NCBI GenBank assembly: GCA_054600435.1
Contig: BAAIJX010000031.1
Span: 124,001 to 188,000, forward strand
Direction: 5' to 3'
Origin: Neophaeotheca triangularis
Lineage: Eukaryota
DNA length: 64,000 nucleotides
This document shows, one piece after another, positions 1 through 11,233 of this stretch. Each line of letters opens with the position of its first letter. Positions within the stretch are counted from its first letter, which is position 1. Under the pieces are notes generated by a model, which had not been told where the DNA came from, did not search any database, and saw only the letters and a list, made by a program, of their open reading frames with translations. A program made the translations under genes and the position numbers.

Positions 1-776
1 GAAAGCACCCACGCTCGCTTGACCATTTGCCATCACCTCGACTGCTCCGATTCTTACCTTCACGGCCCCTGTTTTTTTTTTTAATCATCTAGCGACTCTG
101 CATCTACGGAAACATTGCCTGCGAGCTGTTCTGTTTCGTCTCGTCAAACCATCTGGACGCGCCTTCCTTGTCTTGTCTCGAATTGCGCCAAGGCCTGGGC
201 CTCGCTCAGCCGCACGGGAATCACATCAAAGAGGGGAACTGTGTGTGTGAAAAGGTATTTGGCATTGGGGGAGGAGAAAGAAAGTGCGAAGGTGTCAAAG
301 GGGATATCTTTGTTCGTCGCGTCAACACATCCCAAGCGATTCATTGAGCGGCCTGGAAGCCACATTGCCTCGCAAAAATCGGCCTTTGGAGGGACCTCGA
401 ACGACATTGGTGGTATCGCCGGAGCGATCTCTCTTGCATTCGCCAGGCTCGATTCCCTTCAACTCGAAGAATCGCGTTATTCCAACTACAGACACTCGTT
501 CAGACGACTTCTGCATGATCCGGCTAGCATGACTTAGGCCATTCTGCACCGTTGATCCACATCTCTTCACACGCGGCTAGCAACTCGCTCTTTACTGACG
601 ATATCGTCAACCACACTCGTTCATCTCCAACTCCGACGGTGAGCATGGTCGTTGCACTACAGCGACGACACGACAAGTACTGACAGATCCTTGCAGCCTT
701 TATCAAACTCTGCCCTTTGACACCGCAAAATCTTTTAAACTGATACCCAACTAATACAGCGCAAATACATTTCATC

Positions 777-3700
777 ATGCGTACATCGACAGCAGCGTGG
801 ACGGCCGCGCTGGCGGTCGTGTCCATACAAGGCCCATTCACGACAGCGGAGGCTGCGCCCGCTGCCAGGCAACCCGATCGGCCTCGCTACTACTTCCCTC
901 GAAACATCAAGAGACAATTCACCAACACCACAAACCCAGATCCTGCTCTCGACCAACCCTCAACTGTTGTCGACGACTCGCCGGAAACTCCTGCGGAAGC
1001 AGCACCGGAAATAACTTCAGAGCCCCCAGCTGAAACCCCTTTCGACGACACCCAGCCCGAGGCCGAAGAAGCTGTTCCCACCACTTCCTCGGAATCCTCT
1101 CGCCTTGGGTTCTTGACTGATCCCCTAAATGCCGTCAGCAGTCTTTTCCGCGGTGATCGCACCACCTCCACCGAGGCCGATATTGCAACTCCTACTCCAG
1201 AATTCAATGCTGAAGAACCGCCAATCACGACTTCTTCTAGTGTGCCCTTGGCTCCGGAAGAGCCAGAGGCTACCGAGGGATTCGGCGACGAGGAGGTCCC
1301 GGCTGAGACCTCGACCGCTTTGGAGGAGGAGGAGCCTTGGTGGGAAGAGACTAGCCCCACATCTAGTGAGGAGGTTGCGCCAACAACGACGGCTTTGGAG
1401 GAGGAGGCTGCTGGTTTCGAGACTACTTCGGGTGGAGAATCGGCGCCTACTAGTACCGTTTTCGATCAAGAGCCCGAATTTGCAGAGCCGACTTCGAGCG
1501 AGGGGCCGGCCGCGCCAGCTACGTCGTCTTTTAACGAGGGTATTGTTGGTGCTGAGCCGACCACGACTTCTTTTGATGAGGGCTTCGTCGATTCTGAACC
1601 GACCACAACCTTCGACGAGAGCTTCGTCGACCCAGAGCCTACTGAAATTGGTGAGGCTGCGCCGACTACCACGGCTTTCGACGAGGCGCCTGCGGAGTTT
1701 GAACCTACTTCTAGCGAAGTGCCCATTACCACTACAAACCCGCCATTTACGCCACCGTCCCCCGAGGAGCGAACCACAATCAGCGCATTTATCGAGACCT
1801 CAGTCTTTGATGAAGAGCCGCTCATCAGCAGCACCAGCGAAGCCGCTGCGGCCCCTGAGGAGACGAACGCCGTGGAGGAGAACTTCCAAGGCTCTACTGG
1901 AGGCATTCCCGAAACCATCATTACCCCCACCTCGCCCTCGACTCCCGCAAGCTCCGGCGTCGCTGTCACAAGCGAAGTCCCAAGCTCGACCACCCCGGAA
2001 GTCGAGGAAGAGCTAGCGCCTGAGCTGTCTTCCAGCAGCGAGGTGGCGTCGACTGGTGGGCTACCTGAGACTATTGTACAGCCGACTCTAGAGCCTTCCA
2101 CTACATCCTCTTTCGAGGAGTTCGTTCCAACTACTACTGAAGCTCTCCAAAGCGACCCTACGAGCTCTTTTGCTGAGGAGGTCGAGCAATTTCCTCCTAC
2201 CACTACCGGAGCTTTCGAAAGCACCCCGACGAGCACTCTCATCGAAGAGGTCGAGGAGACACCCGATAACTTTGTCCCCACATCCGAGGGCGAGCCCACC
2301 TTTTTCGGTTCCACCGGTGGCATCCCCGAGACAATCGTCCAGCCCACACCTCAATCAGCCACGACTACTTCAGCTCCAGACGAATTTCCGGAGACCTTCG
2401 ACGAAGCCACCGCTGAGCCCGAAGCCACATCTACCATCTCTTTCTCATCTAGGAGTCTTGCCCCGGAACCCGTTTCCACAAGCTCCACACCCGGAGACGA
2501 AGAGTTCCAGGACCCTGATACTGCCATCGAGGAGCCCGTAGCTTCCACCGGCGGTCTCCCCGAGACAATCGTCCAGCCCACGCCTTTTGCCAGCAGCAGT
2601 GCCGCTGATCAGGAACCTGTCGCCGAGACATCGTCAACCGTCACCCTCGAGCGGACTTCCACTGACCCCGCTGAGGAGGCGAATCCCACTGAAACTGAGG
2701 CAATTGAATTTACAGAGTCTGTCGTTGGCTCTACCGCTGGCGTGCCCGAAAACGTGGCGCAGCCTACGCCCCCGGTGCAAGGGACCTCTACTGAAGCCGA
2801 GGAGGAAGTCGTTCAGGAGACGAGTACTTCTGCTGAAGCTGCCGTTGAAACTCCCTCTACGGAGGTTTTTGAGAGTACCGAGGCTGTCGTTGGCTCTACG
2901 GGCGGCGTGCCCAGCAATGTCGTGCAGCCTACGCCTCCTGTTCAGCAGACTTCGACGGAAGTCGAGGAGCCAGCTGATCAAGAAACGACTCCTTCTACTG
3001 AAGCTGCTGCTGAAACTCTCACCGAGGCTGTCGAGGCTACTGAGCCAGTCATCGGCTCTACTGGTGGTGATCCCACCAATGTCGTGCAGCCTACGCCTCC
3101 TGCTCAAGGGAGTTCGACCGCCGCTGACGAGCAGCCTTTCCAAGAACCCACTACTTCAACTTCAAGCGCTGCTGAGACTACTTCTACGGATTTTGAGAGT
3201 ACTGAGGCTGTTGTTGGATCGACTGGTGGCGTCCCCAGCAGTGTCGTCTTGCCTACGCCTCCTGCTAGCAGTGAAACCTTGACCCAAGAGACTTCGACTG
3301 AAGTCGCAGAGCAGCCCTCTGCAGAGATGACAGAGCCAGCTGTTGGATCGACTGCCGGTGTACCCGACAGTGTCGTCCAGCCGACGGCCTCTGCTAGCAG
3401 TCGAAGCTTGTCCCAAGAGAACCAGTCCGAGGCCAGACCTGGCGAACCCACCTCCACAGAGGGTCCGGAAGCGACCGCCCCCTTCGTTGGTTCCACTGGC
3501 GGCGTACCGAGCGAGATCGTTCAGCCGACCCCCAGCTCCAGCGTCACTAACGTGCAGGACGAGCCGGCTACCGAAACCGATACTGAAGTTGAGGCCGAAG
3601 AAACCCCTGCCTCCGTCATCGGCTCCATTGGCAGTGTCCCCAGTAGCGACATCCAGCCGACGCCAGCCAGCAGCAGCAGTGGCGCGCAGACTTCTGCACC

Positions 3701-6700
3701 CGCTGCTGGAGAGACCATTGTCGAAGAAAATGAGACCGCCAGCTCGGTCGTTGGATCTACGGGTGGCGTGCCAGGTAGCATTGTGCAGCCTACCCCGAGC
3801 AGCGAGGTCGAAGAGGCTCCTGTTCCCGAGACTACCACTGCTGTTCAAGAGACTGCGCCTGCTGTTGGATCCACTGGTGGTGTGCCAAGCAGCGTCGTTC
3901 TGCCAACTCCCGGTACCAGCGACGCCGAAAGCGCGTCTGAAGCTTCTACCAGTGCCGCTGGCACAACTGCTGGCATTTCGAGCATTGCGGTTCAGCCGAG
4001 TCCCTCCGAAGCTTCATCTGGCCCGGTCGAACAGAACCCCACTGTTGCTCCCTCGTCAGTTGGCTCTACTGCTGGGATTCCTGAAACAGCTGTCCAGCCA
4101 ACGCCAAGCGGAGCTTCCGAAGAGGTCGCCACTTCTACCGTTGGCTCGACTGGTGGCCTTCCGGAGGTCATTGTTGCACCCACTCCAACTGTGTCTGACC
4201 TCGAGGAGCAGAGCGAGGGCGCAAGCTCTGGTCCCAGCACTCGTCCAGCTGCCAGACCTGTCCAATCCGGAAGCCAAAGCGCTCAGTCTCCTGAAGGAGA
4301 CTCATCTATCCTGACTGACGTTCAGCCCACTGGTACCGGCAACGCACCAACTGTCGAGCCTGAGCCCACTCCCTCACTCACCGACACTGAATCGACAGGA
4401 ACAGGCGAGGTGCCCCCTCAAACCGTCCAACCGACTCCCACACTGTCCTCTGGAAGCTCCTTTCAACCCACCGAAGCCTCAGACAGCAGCGCCACCGCGC
4501 CCATCATCGTGGGTATCTCCACCGTTATTGAAAGCGCTACCGAGCCATCAGCCGTGGAGTCGGCCCTCGAATCGGTTGTTGGCACAATATTGACGCGTTC
4601 CGCTGAACCGCAAAGCGTCGTGCCTACGGGTGTCTTGCCTTTGACCACTGAAACCGATACTCCGGCTGAGAGCTCTGCTATCCTCAATACCCCCGCCGAC
4701 AGCAATCTCCCTCGCCCCACCGCTGAAAGCCAGGCCCCCAACGACACCCTCCCTACTGCCAGCTCGCAGGACAGTGATACCCCGGTGGTACCACTGCCCC
4801 TGCCCATCTCCACGGCATCCCGCGCTTCCGGCACCGGCGTCCCCGAATCCGAGGCTGGAAGCTCGCCAGTGGTTGTTCCTACGACTACGTTCCCCGACAC
4901 TGGCGTTCCTGTTGTTCCTACTTCTGACGCTGTAGAGTCCTCGGATGCTGGCGATTCTGAAGAATCGTCTGCAGTTTCTGATACTGGTGTTGGGGCTGCG
5001 CCGACTACTGCTGCTCCTGGCTCTGCTAGCTCTGAAGCTGGGGAAGCCGAGTCTGTCTCTCCAACTGGCACTGGCGTTGGGGCTGTACCGACCACTGCGG
5101 CACCCAGTGGGGAAGTTCCTGCATCCTCCGCTGAGGCTAGCTCGCAAGTCATCTCCTCGTTTGTATCTTCGGTGGCATCGCAGGTTTCTGACGTCGTTTC
5201 TTCGGCACAATCTACCGTCGCCTCGACATCTGCCGGCACCGGCGTTCCTGTTGCAATCATTAGTGGGGATGCTTCGAGCCAGCTGTCGAGCCTGGAATCT
5301 TCGCTTGTCTCCGAAATTTCGAGTGTTGTGGCCACTGCTACTACCCCCGGCGCGTCAACCTCTTTGGCTGCCGAAATCTCTGACATTATGTCCAGCGCTG
5401 GTCCCACTCTTGCTTCGGACCAGCCACCCACAGCGGTTCCCGCCAACTCTACGCCTGCCGAGGCTCCGGTCGTGACGTCTTCCGGTACCGCACCGGTAGA
5501 ATTCGTGACAAGCTCAGGCTCCTCTGGAAGCACCGCGATCGTGCCTGTTCCAGTTGAGACTGAACCGACGGACGCTTTTCCCCTCAGCACCGCCGTCCAG
5601 TCTGGAAGCACCATGGCCACTCCCATCCCCGCCTCTTCCGCAGCACAGGAGGAATCTTTGGAGCCCAGCACCACCGGCTCAGAGCCCACGACCGCCGTAC
5701 CTGTACCCGTTACCTCAGAGTCTCCTGAATCCTCAATCGAGGAATCTGCCCTCCCAGAATCTTCACCTTCAGTGACAATCACCGGCTCAGCTGGCACTAC
5801 TGTCATTCCAGCTGTCTCCGCAACCGCCGAGCCGACGTTTACTCTGAGCACATCAACCGACAGTTCTAGCGTGGCTGTTGCTATCCCTGTGCCAGTCACG
5901 AGCGAGGCTGAGACGCCTGCTCTTACCACCGAGCCGACCGAGAGCTCGGACGCAATTGTGCCTACTGATGCTGCTTCTTCTGTTCCCGCGAGCGAGAGCT
6001 CTGGTGGCAGTTTCACCAGTGGCGAGCCTGTTGCTTCGCCGCCTGCGCTTACTACCGAGTCCGCTGAGAGCTCGGATGTCGCAGTCCCAACGGGTGCTGC
6101 ATCTTCGACTCCCACGAGCGAGTCTTTCGGTGGTAGTGTTACTAGTGAGGAGCCTGTTGCTTCGACGCCTGCGCTTACCACCGAGTCCGCTGAGAGCTCG
6201 GACGCGGTCGTGCCTACAGATGCTGCGTCTTCTGTTCCTGCAAGCGAGACCGACGCTGGCAGTATTACTAGTGAAGAACCCGTTGCCTCGACACCAACGA
6301 GCAGCCTTTCCGACGTCACGGAGACTACAACACCAGCCGAGAGTGTCGCAGCGACGCCCGACAGCACGGAAAGCCCTTCTGCCCTGCCCACTTCGCTGAA
6401 CGAAACCGAGACTACTGTTCCCGAGCAATCGACCACTGCGGTCCCCGTCGTGCCCACTTCTGACGCTACCGGAGAATCTAATGTCTCTGCCACCGTTCCC
6501 CTAGGCACTGACGCCTCGGTCTCCTTGCAGACTTCTAGTAGCCTGCTCGAGACCGGCGCTACCTCGACCTCGGCTACGAGCGAGGCAGTCATCCCTGGCG
6601 CCACCGCCGATTCGACTTCTCAAGCTTTTGAAACTGCTCCATCCGAGACGACTCCCTCTGAGGCAGCCATCCCTACAGAAGCACCTGCAACAAACAGCCC

Positions 6701-7823
6701 TACACCTCCCATACAGACTGTAACGGGTGCTCCTTCAGAGACCGAACCCACTGCCTTCCCTACCTCGGAGACTGCAATTCCTCCAACAACGTCAGCACCG
6801 GAGTCGATTCTTCCCACCGGTTCGAACGATGCCACAAGGCTAACCCCTGACACTAGCATCATGTTTGCGCCAACCACCACAGAAAGCTCTACGGGCTCAG
6901 GTACTTCCTCAGATATTGCTCAAGACACGTCCACCTCATCCGCAGCGCCGGGTCTACCAACTTACATGCCTCGCCTTGTTCAACCCCCTGGTGGTATGCC
7001 TGCTCAGCCAGATAACTCGACTCTGATTCAAGTCGGCTTTGGCTACGGGCTTAACTATCCCTTCGTCGTGAACCAACAAGGCTCTGCAGGTCAAGTCTTC
7101 GAGTTCCTACCTCAAGGTATTGCTCACGGCCTTGGCATCGAGCGCAAGCAAGTCGTCATGCACGCTCTCACGCCATACGACACAACCAAAGACCTCAAAT
7201 ACATCACGACGCTCGCGCAAGCCTACATCCCGAGCGACCTGGTCGACAGGCTGCAACTCGACCTCCACACCTCCGTCTCAACCATGTACAATAACCCGGA
7301 CTCAGCAATTTCCACCTTGATGAACATGATCAACCCCACCATCCCCATCCTCCCCGGCGCGAGCCTCGACTCCTCCGATGCTACCCGCGAACGCAACCCC
7401 TCGGGCTCCACCTCGGACTCGGAGGGTGACGGCGCCCCCATAGGCGGTGACTCCGGCTCCTCCTCCAGCGTCAAAGGCTCTTCCGTTGGCATCGGCGTCG
7501 GCGCCGTCGCGGGTGCCGCCGTCTACGCAGCCGCCATGGTCTACGTCGCTCGCCGCTACCGCAAACGCCGCCACCGCCACCAGCGCACCAGCTCCGTCGA
7601 AAGCACCGCCCCGCCTATGAGCCAGCTCAGCGGCGGCGGTATGGGCAGCTACTTCATGTCCGGCGCCAACAATCAGGACCAAACCGCCAGGGGCAGCGGG
7701 AGCAGAGGCAGTGGCGGCCGCTTTAGTCGCGGCAGTGCGGGTAGCAGCAATGCCAACCGCAGTGTTAGGGAACAGGGTATTTCTGGCCCGATGATGGCGG
7801 AGAACAGTCTCGGCTGGAACTGA
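777..7823 (+). CDS. MSB2: Msb2/Hkr1-type transmembrane signalling mucin, 2348 aa, intronless
   Basis: Signal peptide followed by RYYFPRNIKRQ, then about 2000 aa rich in S/T/P/E. Conserved juxtamembrane region (STLIQVGFGYGLNYPFVV...LTPYDTTKDLKYITTLAQAYIP), one TM helix (VGIGVGAVAGAAVYAAAMVYVA), basic stop-transfer RRYRKRR, and C-terminal ISGPMMAENSLGWN typical of fungal Msb2. Confidence 0.9.
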   Translation: MRTSTAAWTAALAVVSIQGPFTTAEAAPAARQPDRPRYYFPRNIKRQFTNTTNPDPALDQPSTVVDDSPETPAEAAPEITSEPPAETPFDDTQPEAEEAVPTTSSESSRLGFLTDPLNAVSSLFRGDRTTSTEADIATPTPEFNAEEPPITTSSSVPLAPEEPEATEGFGDEEVPAETSTALEEEEPWWEETSPTSSEEVAPTTTALEEEAAGFETTSGGESAPTSTVFDQEPEFAEPTSSEGPAAPATSSFNEGIVGAEPTTTSFDEGFVDSEPTTTFDESFVDPEPTEIGEAAPTTTAFDEAPAEFEPTSSEVPITTTNPPFTPPSPEERTTISAFIETSVFDEEPLISSTSEAAAAPEETNAVEENFQGSTGGIPETIITPTSPSTPASSGVAVTSEVPSSTTPEVEEELAPELSSSSEVASTGGLPETIVQPTLEPSTTSSFEEFVPTTTEALQSDPTSSFAEEVEQFPPTTTGAFESTPTSTLIEEVEETPDNFVPTSEGEPTFFGSTGGIPETIVQPTPQSATTTSAPDEFPETFDEATAEPEATSTISFSSRSLAPEPVSTSSTPGDEEFQDPDTAIEEPVASTGGLPETIVQPTPFASSSAADQEPVAETSSTVTLERTSTDPAEEANPTETEAIEFTESVVGSTAGVPENVAQPTPPVQGTSTEAEEEVVQETSTSAEAAVETPSTEVFESTEAVVGSTGGVPSNVVQPTPPVQQTSTEVEEPADQETTPSTEAAAETLTEAVEATEPVIGSTGGDPTNVVQPTPPAQGSSTAADEQPFQEPTTSTSSAAETTSTDFESTEAVVGSTGGVPSSVVLPTPPASSETLTQETSTEVAEQPSAEMTEPAVGSTAGVPDSVVQPTASASSRSLSQENQSEARPGEPTSTEGPEATAPFVGSTGGVPSEIVQPTPSSSVTNVQDEPATETDTEVEAEETPASVIGSIGSVPSSDIQPTPASSSSGAQTSAPAAGETIVEENETASSVVGSTGGVPGSIVQPTPSSEVEEAPVPETTTAVQETAPAVGSTGGVPSSVVLPTPGTSDAESASEASTSAAGTTAGISSIAVQPSPSEASSGPVEQNPTVAPSSVGSTAGIPETAVQPTPSGASEEVATSTVGSTGGLPEVIVAPTPTVSDLEEQSEGASSGPSTRPAARPVQSGSQSAQSPEGDSSILTDVQPTGTGNAPTVEPEPTPSLTDTESTGTGEVPPQTVQPTPTLSSGSSFQPTEASDSSATAPIIVGISTVIESATEPSAVESALESVVGTILTRSAEPQSVVPTGVLPLTTETDTPAESSAILNTPADSNLPRPTAESQAPNDTLPTASSQDSDTPVVPLPLPISTASRASGTGVPESEAGSSPVVVPTTTFPDTGVPVVPTSDAVESSDAGDSEESSAVSDTGVGAAPTTAAPGSASSEAGEAESVSPTGTGVGAVPTTAAPSGEVPASSAEASSQVISSFVSSVASQVSDVVSSAQSTVASTSAGTGVPVAIISGDASSQLSSLESSLVSEISSVVATATTPGASTSLAAEISDIMSSAGPTLASDQPPTAVPANSTPAEAPVVTSSGTAPVEFVTSSGSSGSTAIVPVPVETEPTDAFPLSTAVQSGSTMATPIPASSAAQEESLEPSTTGSEPTTAVPVPVTSESPESSIEESALPESSPSVTITGSAGTTVIPAVSATAEPTFTLSTSTDSSSVAVAIPVPVTSEAETPALTTEPTESSDAIVPTDAASSVPASESSGGSFTSGEPVASPPALTTESAESSDVAVPTGAASSTPTSESFGGSVTSEEPVASTPALTTESAESSDAVVPTDAASSVPASETDAGSITSEEPVASTPTSSLSDVTETTTPAESVAATPDSTESPSALPTSLNETETTVPEQSTTAVPVVPTSDATGESNVSATVPLGTDASVSLQTSSSLLETGATSTSATSEAVIPGATADSTSQAFETAPSETTPSEAAIPTEAPATNSPTPPIQTVTGAPSETEPTAFPTSETAIPPTTSAPESILPTGSNDATRLTPDTSIMFAPTTTESSTGSGTSSDIAQDTSTSSAAPGLPTYMPRLVQPPGGMPAQPDNSTLIQVGFGYGLNYPFVVNQQGSAGQVFEFLPQGIAHGLGIERKQVVMHALTPYDTTKDLKYITTLAQAYIPSDLVDRLQLDLHTSVSTMYNNPDSAISTLMNMINPTIPILPGASLDSSDATRERNPSGSTSDSEGDGAPIGGDSGSSSSVKGSSVGIGVGAVAGAAVYAAAMVYVARRYRKRRHRHQRTSSVESTAPPMSQLSGGGMGSYFMSGANNQDQTARGSGSRGSGGRFSRGSAGSSNANRSVREQGISGPMMAENSLGWN
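5916..6293 (+). repeat. Three tandem 126-bp (42-aa) coding repeats inside the mucin
   Basis: Units beginning PALTTE start at 5916, 6042 and 6168 (period 126 nt). Confidence 0.9.
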
Positions 7824-9835
7824 GGCCTTTCCCCGAAGCGCAGGATTGAGAGTTTAGGTGTTGGAAGCAGCAGACGGACCGTTTTATACCACCATGAGCC
7901 CACGGCGCAATCTTCCTTTTCTTTTCTTGTTTGATCTGTTGTCGAGATACCGATTTCCTTTTTTTTTGAAGAACATGGAGCGGAAGGAGGAGAGTAGAAG
8001 TAGAGGAGAGGCGTTACTGAATGGAGAGCTGGCTTTTCACACTTCACTTCGAGATTTTTGTATCTTATCATTTTGTTGGCCCCAAAGCCCTTGTTTGGGT
8101 CTTTGGTTGGCCGGATCCTTGTCCACGGACTTGGTATCTTTTGATTTTTTAGTCTCAGTGGAAGAGGGGGAGAGGGAGAGATGGGACTTTGTATATAAAT
8201 GCCGAGGTTTCTCATGGTATAGGAGAAGGAACAAAACATCAATTCACCTTTTGATTTGTCCGTACTCCTTGTCCCGTTGCTTCCGTTCCCTCTTGTCTCC
8301 TCGAGTCCTTGATGAACTTCTCAGCAGTGGTGAAGGGGGATTTTTCACTGGTTGCTCGACCCGTGCGCGCGCACTTCGGGTACCTTGTTTCACCCTGGAC
8401 AGAATCTAAGGGTCTCATCTCTCGTCGATCGCACGACATTCGAGAAATATGAATTCTATGACCTTCGTTCTTTCCAGATACGACCATAGCTTAGTGAATA
8501 TAAAGCATCCCGTCCGCTCTGCTATTTCAAGCACTGAAGCGGGTGATTAGTACTACGGTGGGTGACCACGTGGGAATCCCACCTGTTGTATCTTTTTTTT
8601 GCTTTTTTACCCCTATCCTTGTTGAGTAAAGGAGCCTTTTTGCTGCGTCGAGACTGAGCAAGTTAGAGCGTGTCCGAGCATCCGAGGGTCTGCCTACTCG
8701 TGGCTATCTCTTGATATCGTCAAGGCGTCGATGATAGGCTGTGCGGTGACGCCACGGCTTCGGCAATAATAAGTCCTACCTCGCCTCTGGAGATACTGAG
8801 CATGGGTTTTTGATCGCAGCATGTTGCGCTCGAGTTCCGCAAATACACATACTTGGGCTTTGAGGCCTTTTCTCCCCCGAAGGCGTCGAGGTGTGCAATA
8901 TGCGCTTTTAGATCGTTGTCCACTGTCTCGAATGGTTCAGACACCGGGCGGCTCCTTGGAGAGCAGAGGAGAAGTAAGAATGTAGCTTTGCGACTCATGG
9001 GTATGTCGGACGTCTTGACGGTTGACTTGTCCGACACTGTCGAGGAGATTCTGGTCGATACTTTGGGCTGCGGTCACGGCAGCGAGGCCGGCGATTAGGG
9101 CGGCTCCTAATTATACACCCCTTAGATGCCTTGCGTGCCTTTTGAGGCCTGGGACTATCGATCTAGCCTCATAGGAAGAGTTGGAAGTGTCAGACGAGAA
9201 GGTTGGAGGTTCCAGAAGACTGTGTTATGGGCAAAAGAGATGGTGAGCGGGAAGGCTCTAGCTTTAAAAGTCTCGAGCAAATCTACTGAAGCATTTAAGA
9301 GGGTAATGGTGACCATGGTGTGCAAATAGAACCGTTACGCCGATCCCATGACTTGAATGCGGTGCGGTCCTGAAATGGCAAATGCGAGATTGGAATGCGT
9401 CTTTGCATGCGTGCAGCCAACGAGATTTCCGTGCGACTGTGGGCTTGATACTGTGCTCGTCCACCACCAATTCTCCTCCAAGACGACTAGTTGGTGTCAT
9501 TAGAATCCGAGCACCGCCTCAGCAAAAAGGTGGAATAGCAGTCTTGATGTAGTGGGACCACAGCAGGCTACCTTCCGATGGAATGCCCGCTAGACCAGAC
9601 AATGTCGATGCCACCGACCATCTCATGATCCTCGCGTCTTCCAAGTTGGCTACCTAGGTCGTATAAAGGTGAGGAAGATCACTCCAACATCGCGGAGAGC
9701 CGAAACTATTCAAGTGCTGCAGCTGTTTTCCTGACTGACGCTATGTGTGGTCATCGCACGTTCGATCAATCAACTTCTCCTATCTTGTTCAACCGTCTTC
9801 AGTACGTCGTTAAGCTCAAAACAGCCACCAACACC

Positions 9836-10571
9836 ATGTATTGGGCTGCAATCTTGCTTGTGGGGCTCGTCACTTTGACACAGCCCACAAGCACGAGTCG
9901 GTTGATCAGCTCAACGACCTGAGTGACGAAGCCCGCAAAATTCGAAATGAGGCCATCAAGATCGGTAGCGCGGACATTGCACTTCTACCCCTCGGCATGG
10001 GAAGATATCCAGTAAGTCGTCAATTCACATCGCAGTCGTACAGCACATTGGCTTGTTGTTTCAGGACATCATCGACGGCCTTGAAGCACTTTCTGATAAC
10101 TTGGATGGGGCCGGGGGCACTCTTAATGGCCAGGAGCTAGCCCTCTGTGGGTGGAGCAGCGGCATTGTCGCAGGGGTTTTCTGGCTGTAAGCGGCATTTG
10201 CATTCGACGGCCACCCCCTTTCCAATAAGGCCAAGCTGACACTACCACAGTTTGTCGGTGATCAGGAAGACATGCTCGATTTCCTCATTGAGAAAGCAGG
10301 CCTCGCAGAAATTTTGCCCGTCGCTGGACAGCCTGTTGTAGAAGCACTCCAGAGGCTTGGATTTGCCCTTGACGTAAGTATGCCCATCACGGGTCTATGA
10401 CAACCAAGCACCTTGTCTGGCGTTCATTGTGCTCACTTAGAACAGAATTATGGATCCGCAGTTCAGGATATTTCTGACGACCTTTCAACCGTCACCATCG
10501 AATCGGGGAGGAAACTCCTAGCCAGCAAGGTCGATCAGTGCGTTGGTAGCTACAGCGGCATAGTCGAGTGA
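9836..10571 (+). pseudogene. Four-exon small secreted protein of the UVI-1-like family, apparently frameshifted
   Basis: Signal peptide MYWAAILLVGLVTLTQP from ATG 9836. GT-AG introns at 10012-10064, 10187-10250 and 10374-10445. Peptides LLPLGMGRYP|DIIDGL, FVGDQEDMLDFLIEKAGLAEILPVAGQPVVEALQRL and KVDQCVGSYSG resemble UVI-1-like proteins. Exons 1 and 2 each need a 1-nt correction to stay in frame. Confidence 0.6.
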
Positions 10572-11233
10572 GTTTCTCGAAACATCATTGACGTACTCTT
10601 TCCGCAGTCCTGGAGGTCTTCGGCATACTCCCTTTTACGGTCGACAGGACACTTCTTCAGTCATTCCTTATTGCTTGGCTCATATTCCCAGTTTCACCTT
10701 GTACGGCCAATGACTCTGATCGAGTAAGAGCGGGCTTTTGAGGTTCAGAAGGGAAATGGTAGCATCGTTCGACGAGGAGACGTGTTCACTATAGCTTGAA
10801 CTCCAGTAGCGTAGCCGCAATGTCATCGCTGTTCGCTCATTGCACCTTCAAGCTTCTTGGTGGCATTCAAGCAACGCTTTCTCGGCTCAAGACGTGTGAT
10901 TCTGGGCGGGATTGTCGCAGAATCTGCAGACGGTCTGTTAGGCCAAGGGTAATACTAGGGTTTGTCTGACTGTTTGTTCTCTTTTGAGGCCCATTAATCG
11001 ATTCTTAAAAGCAGCGAAACGTAGAACGAAGTCGATAGGTAGTCGTGAAATTGATATCGTCCTTGCTTCACATCGGCTCAACCCCGGGTGGGATCGCGCG
11101 AAGCACGTGAAACCCTTATCGATAAGTTCAGCAAATCTTGGCTTCGCAACAATTCAACCTCACACGCCTCCACCACCAACGACACCACCTCGCTGCCGCC
11201 GACCACACTCACCACCACCCGTAAACCACCACC

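Noticed and set aside
4463..6604. 713-aa minus-strand ORF and other long ORFs overlapping the mucin
   Set aside because: Antisense shadows of a repetitive, GC-rich coding sequence with no motifs of their own.
8720..9500. Short ORFs between the mucin and the UVI-1-like gene
   Set aside because: No recognisable motifs or convincing splice structure.
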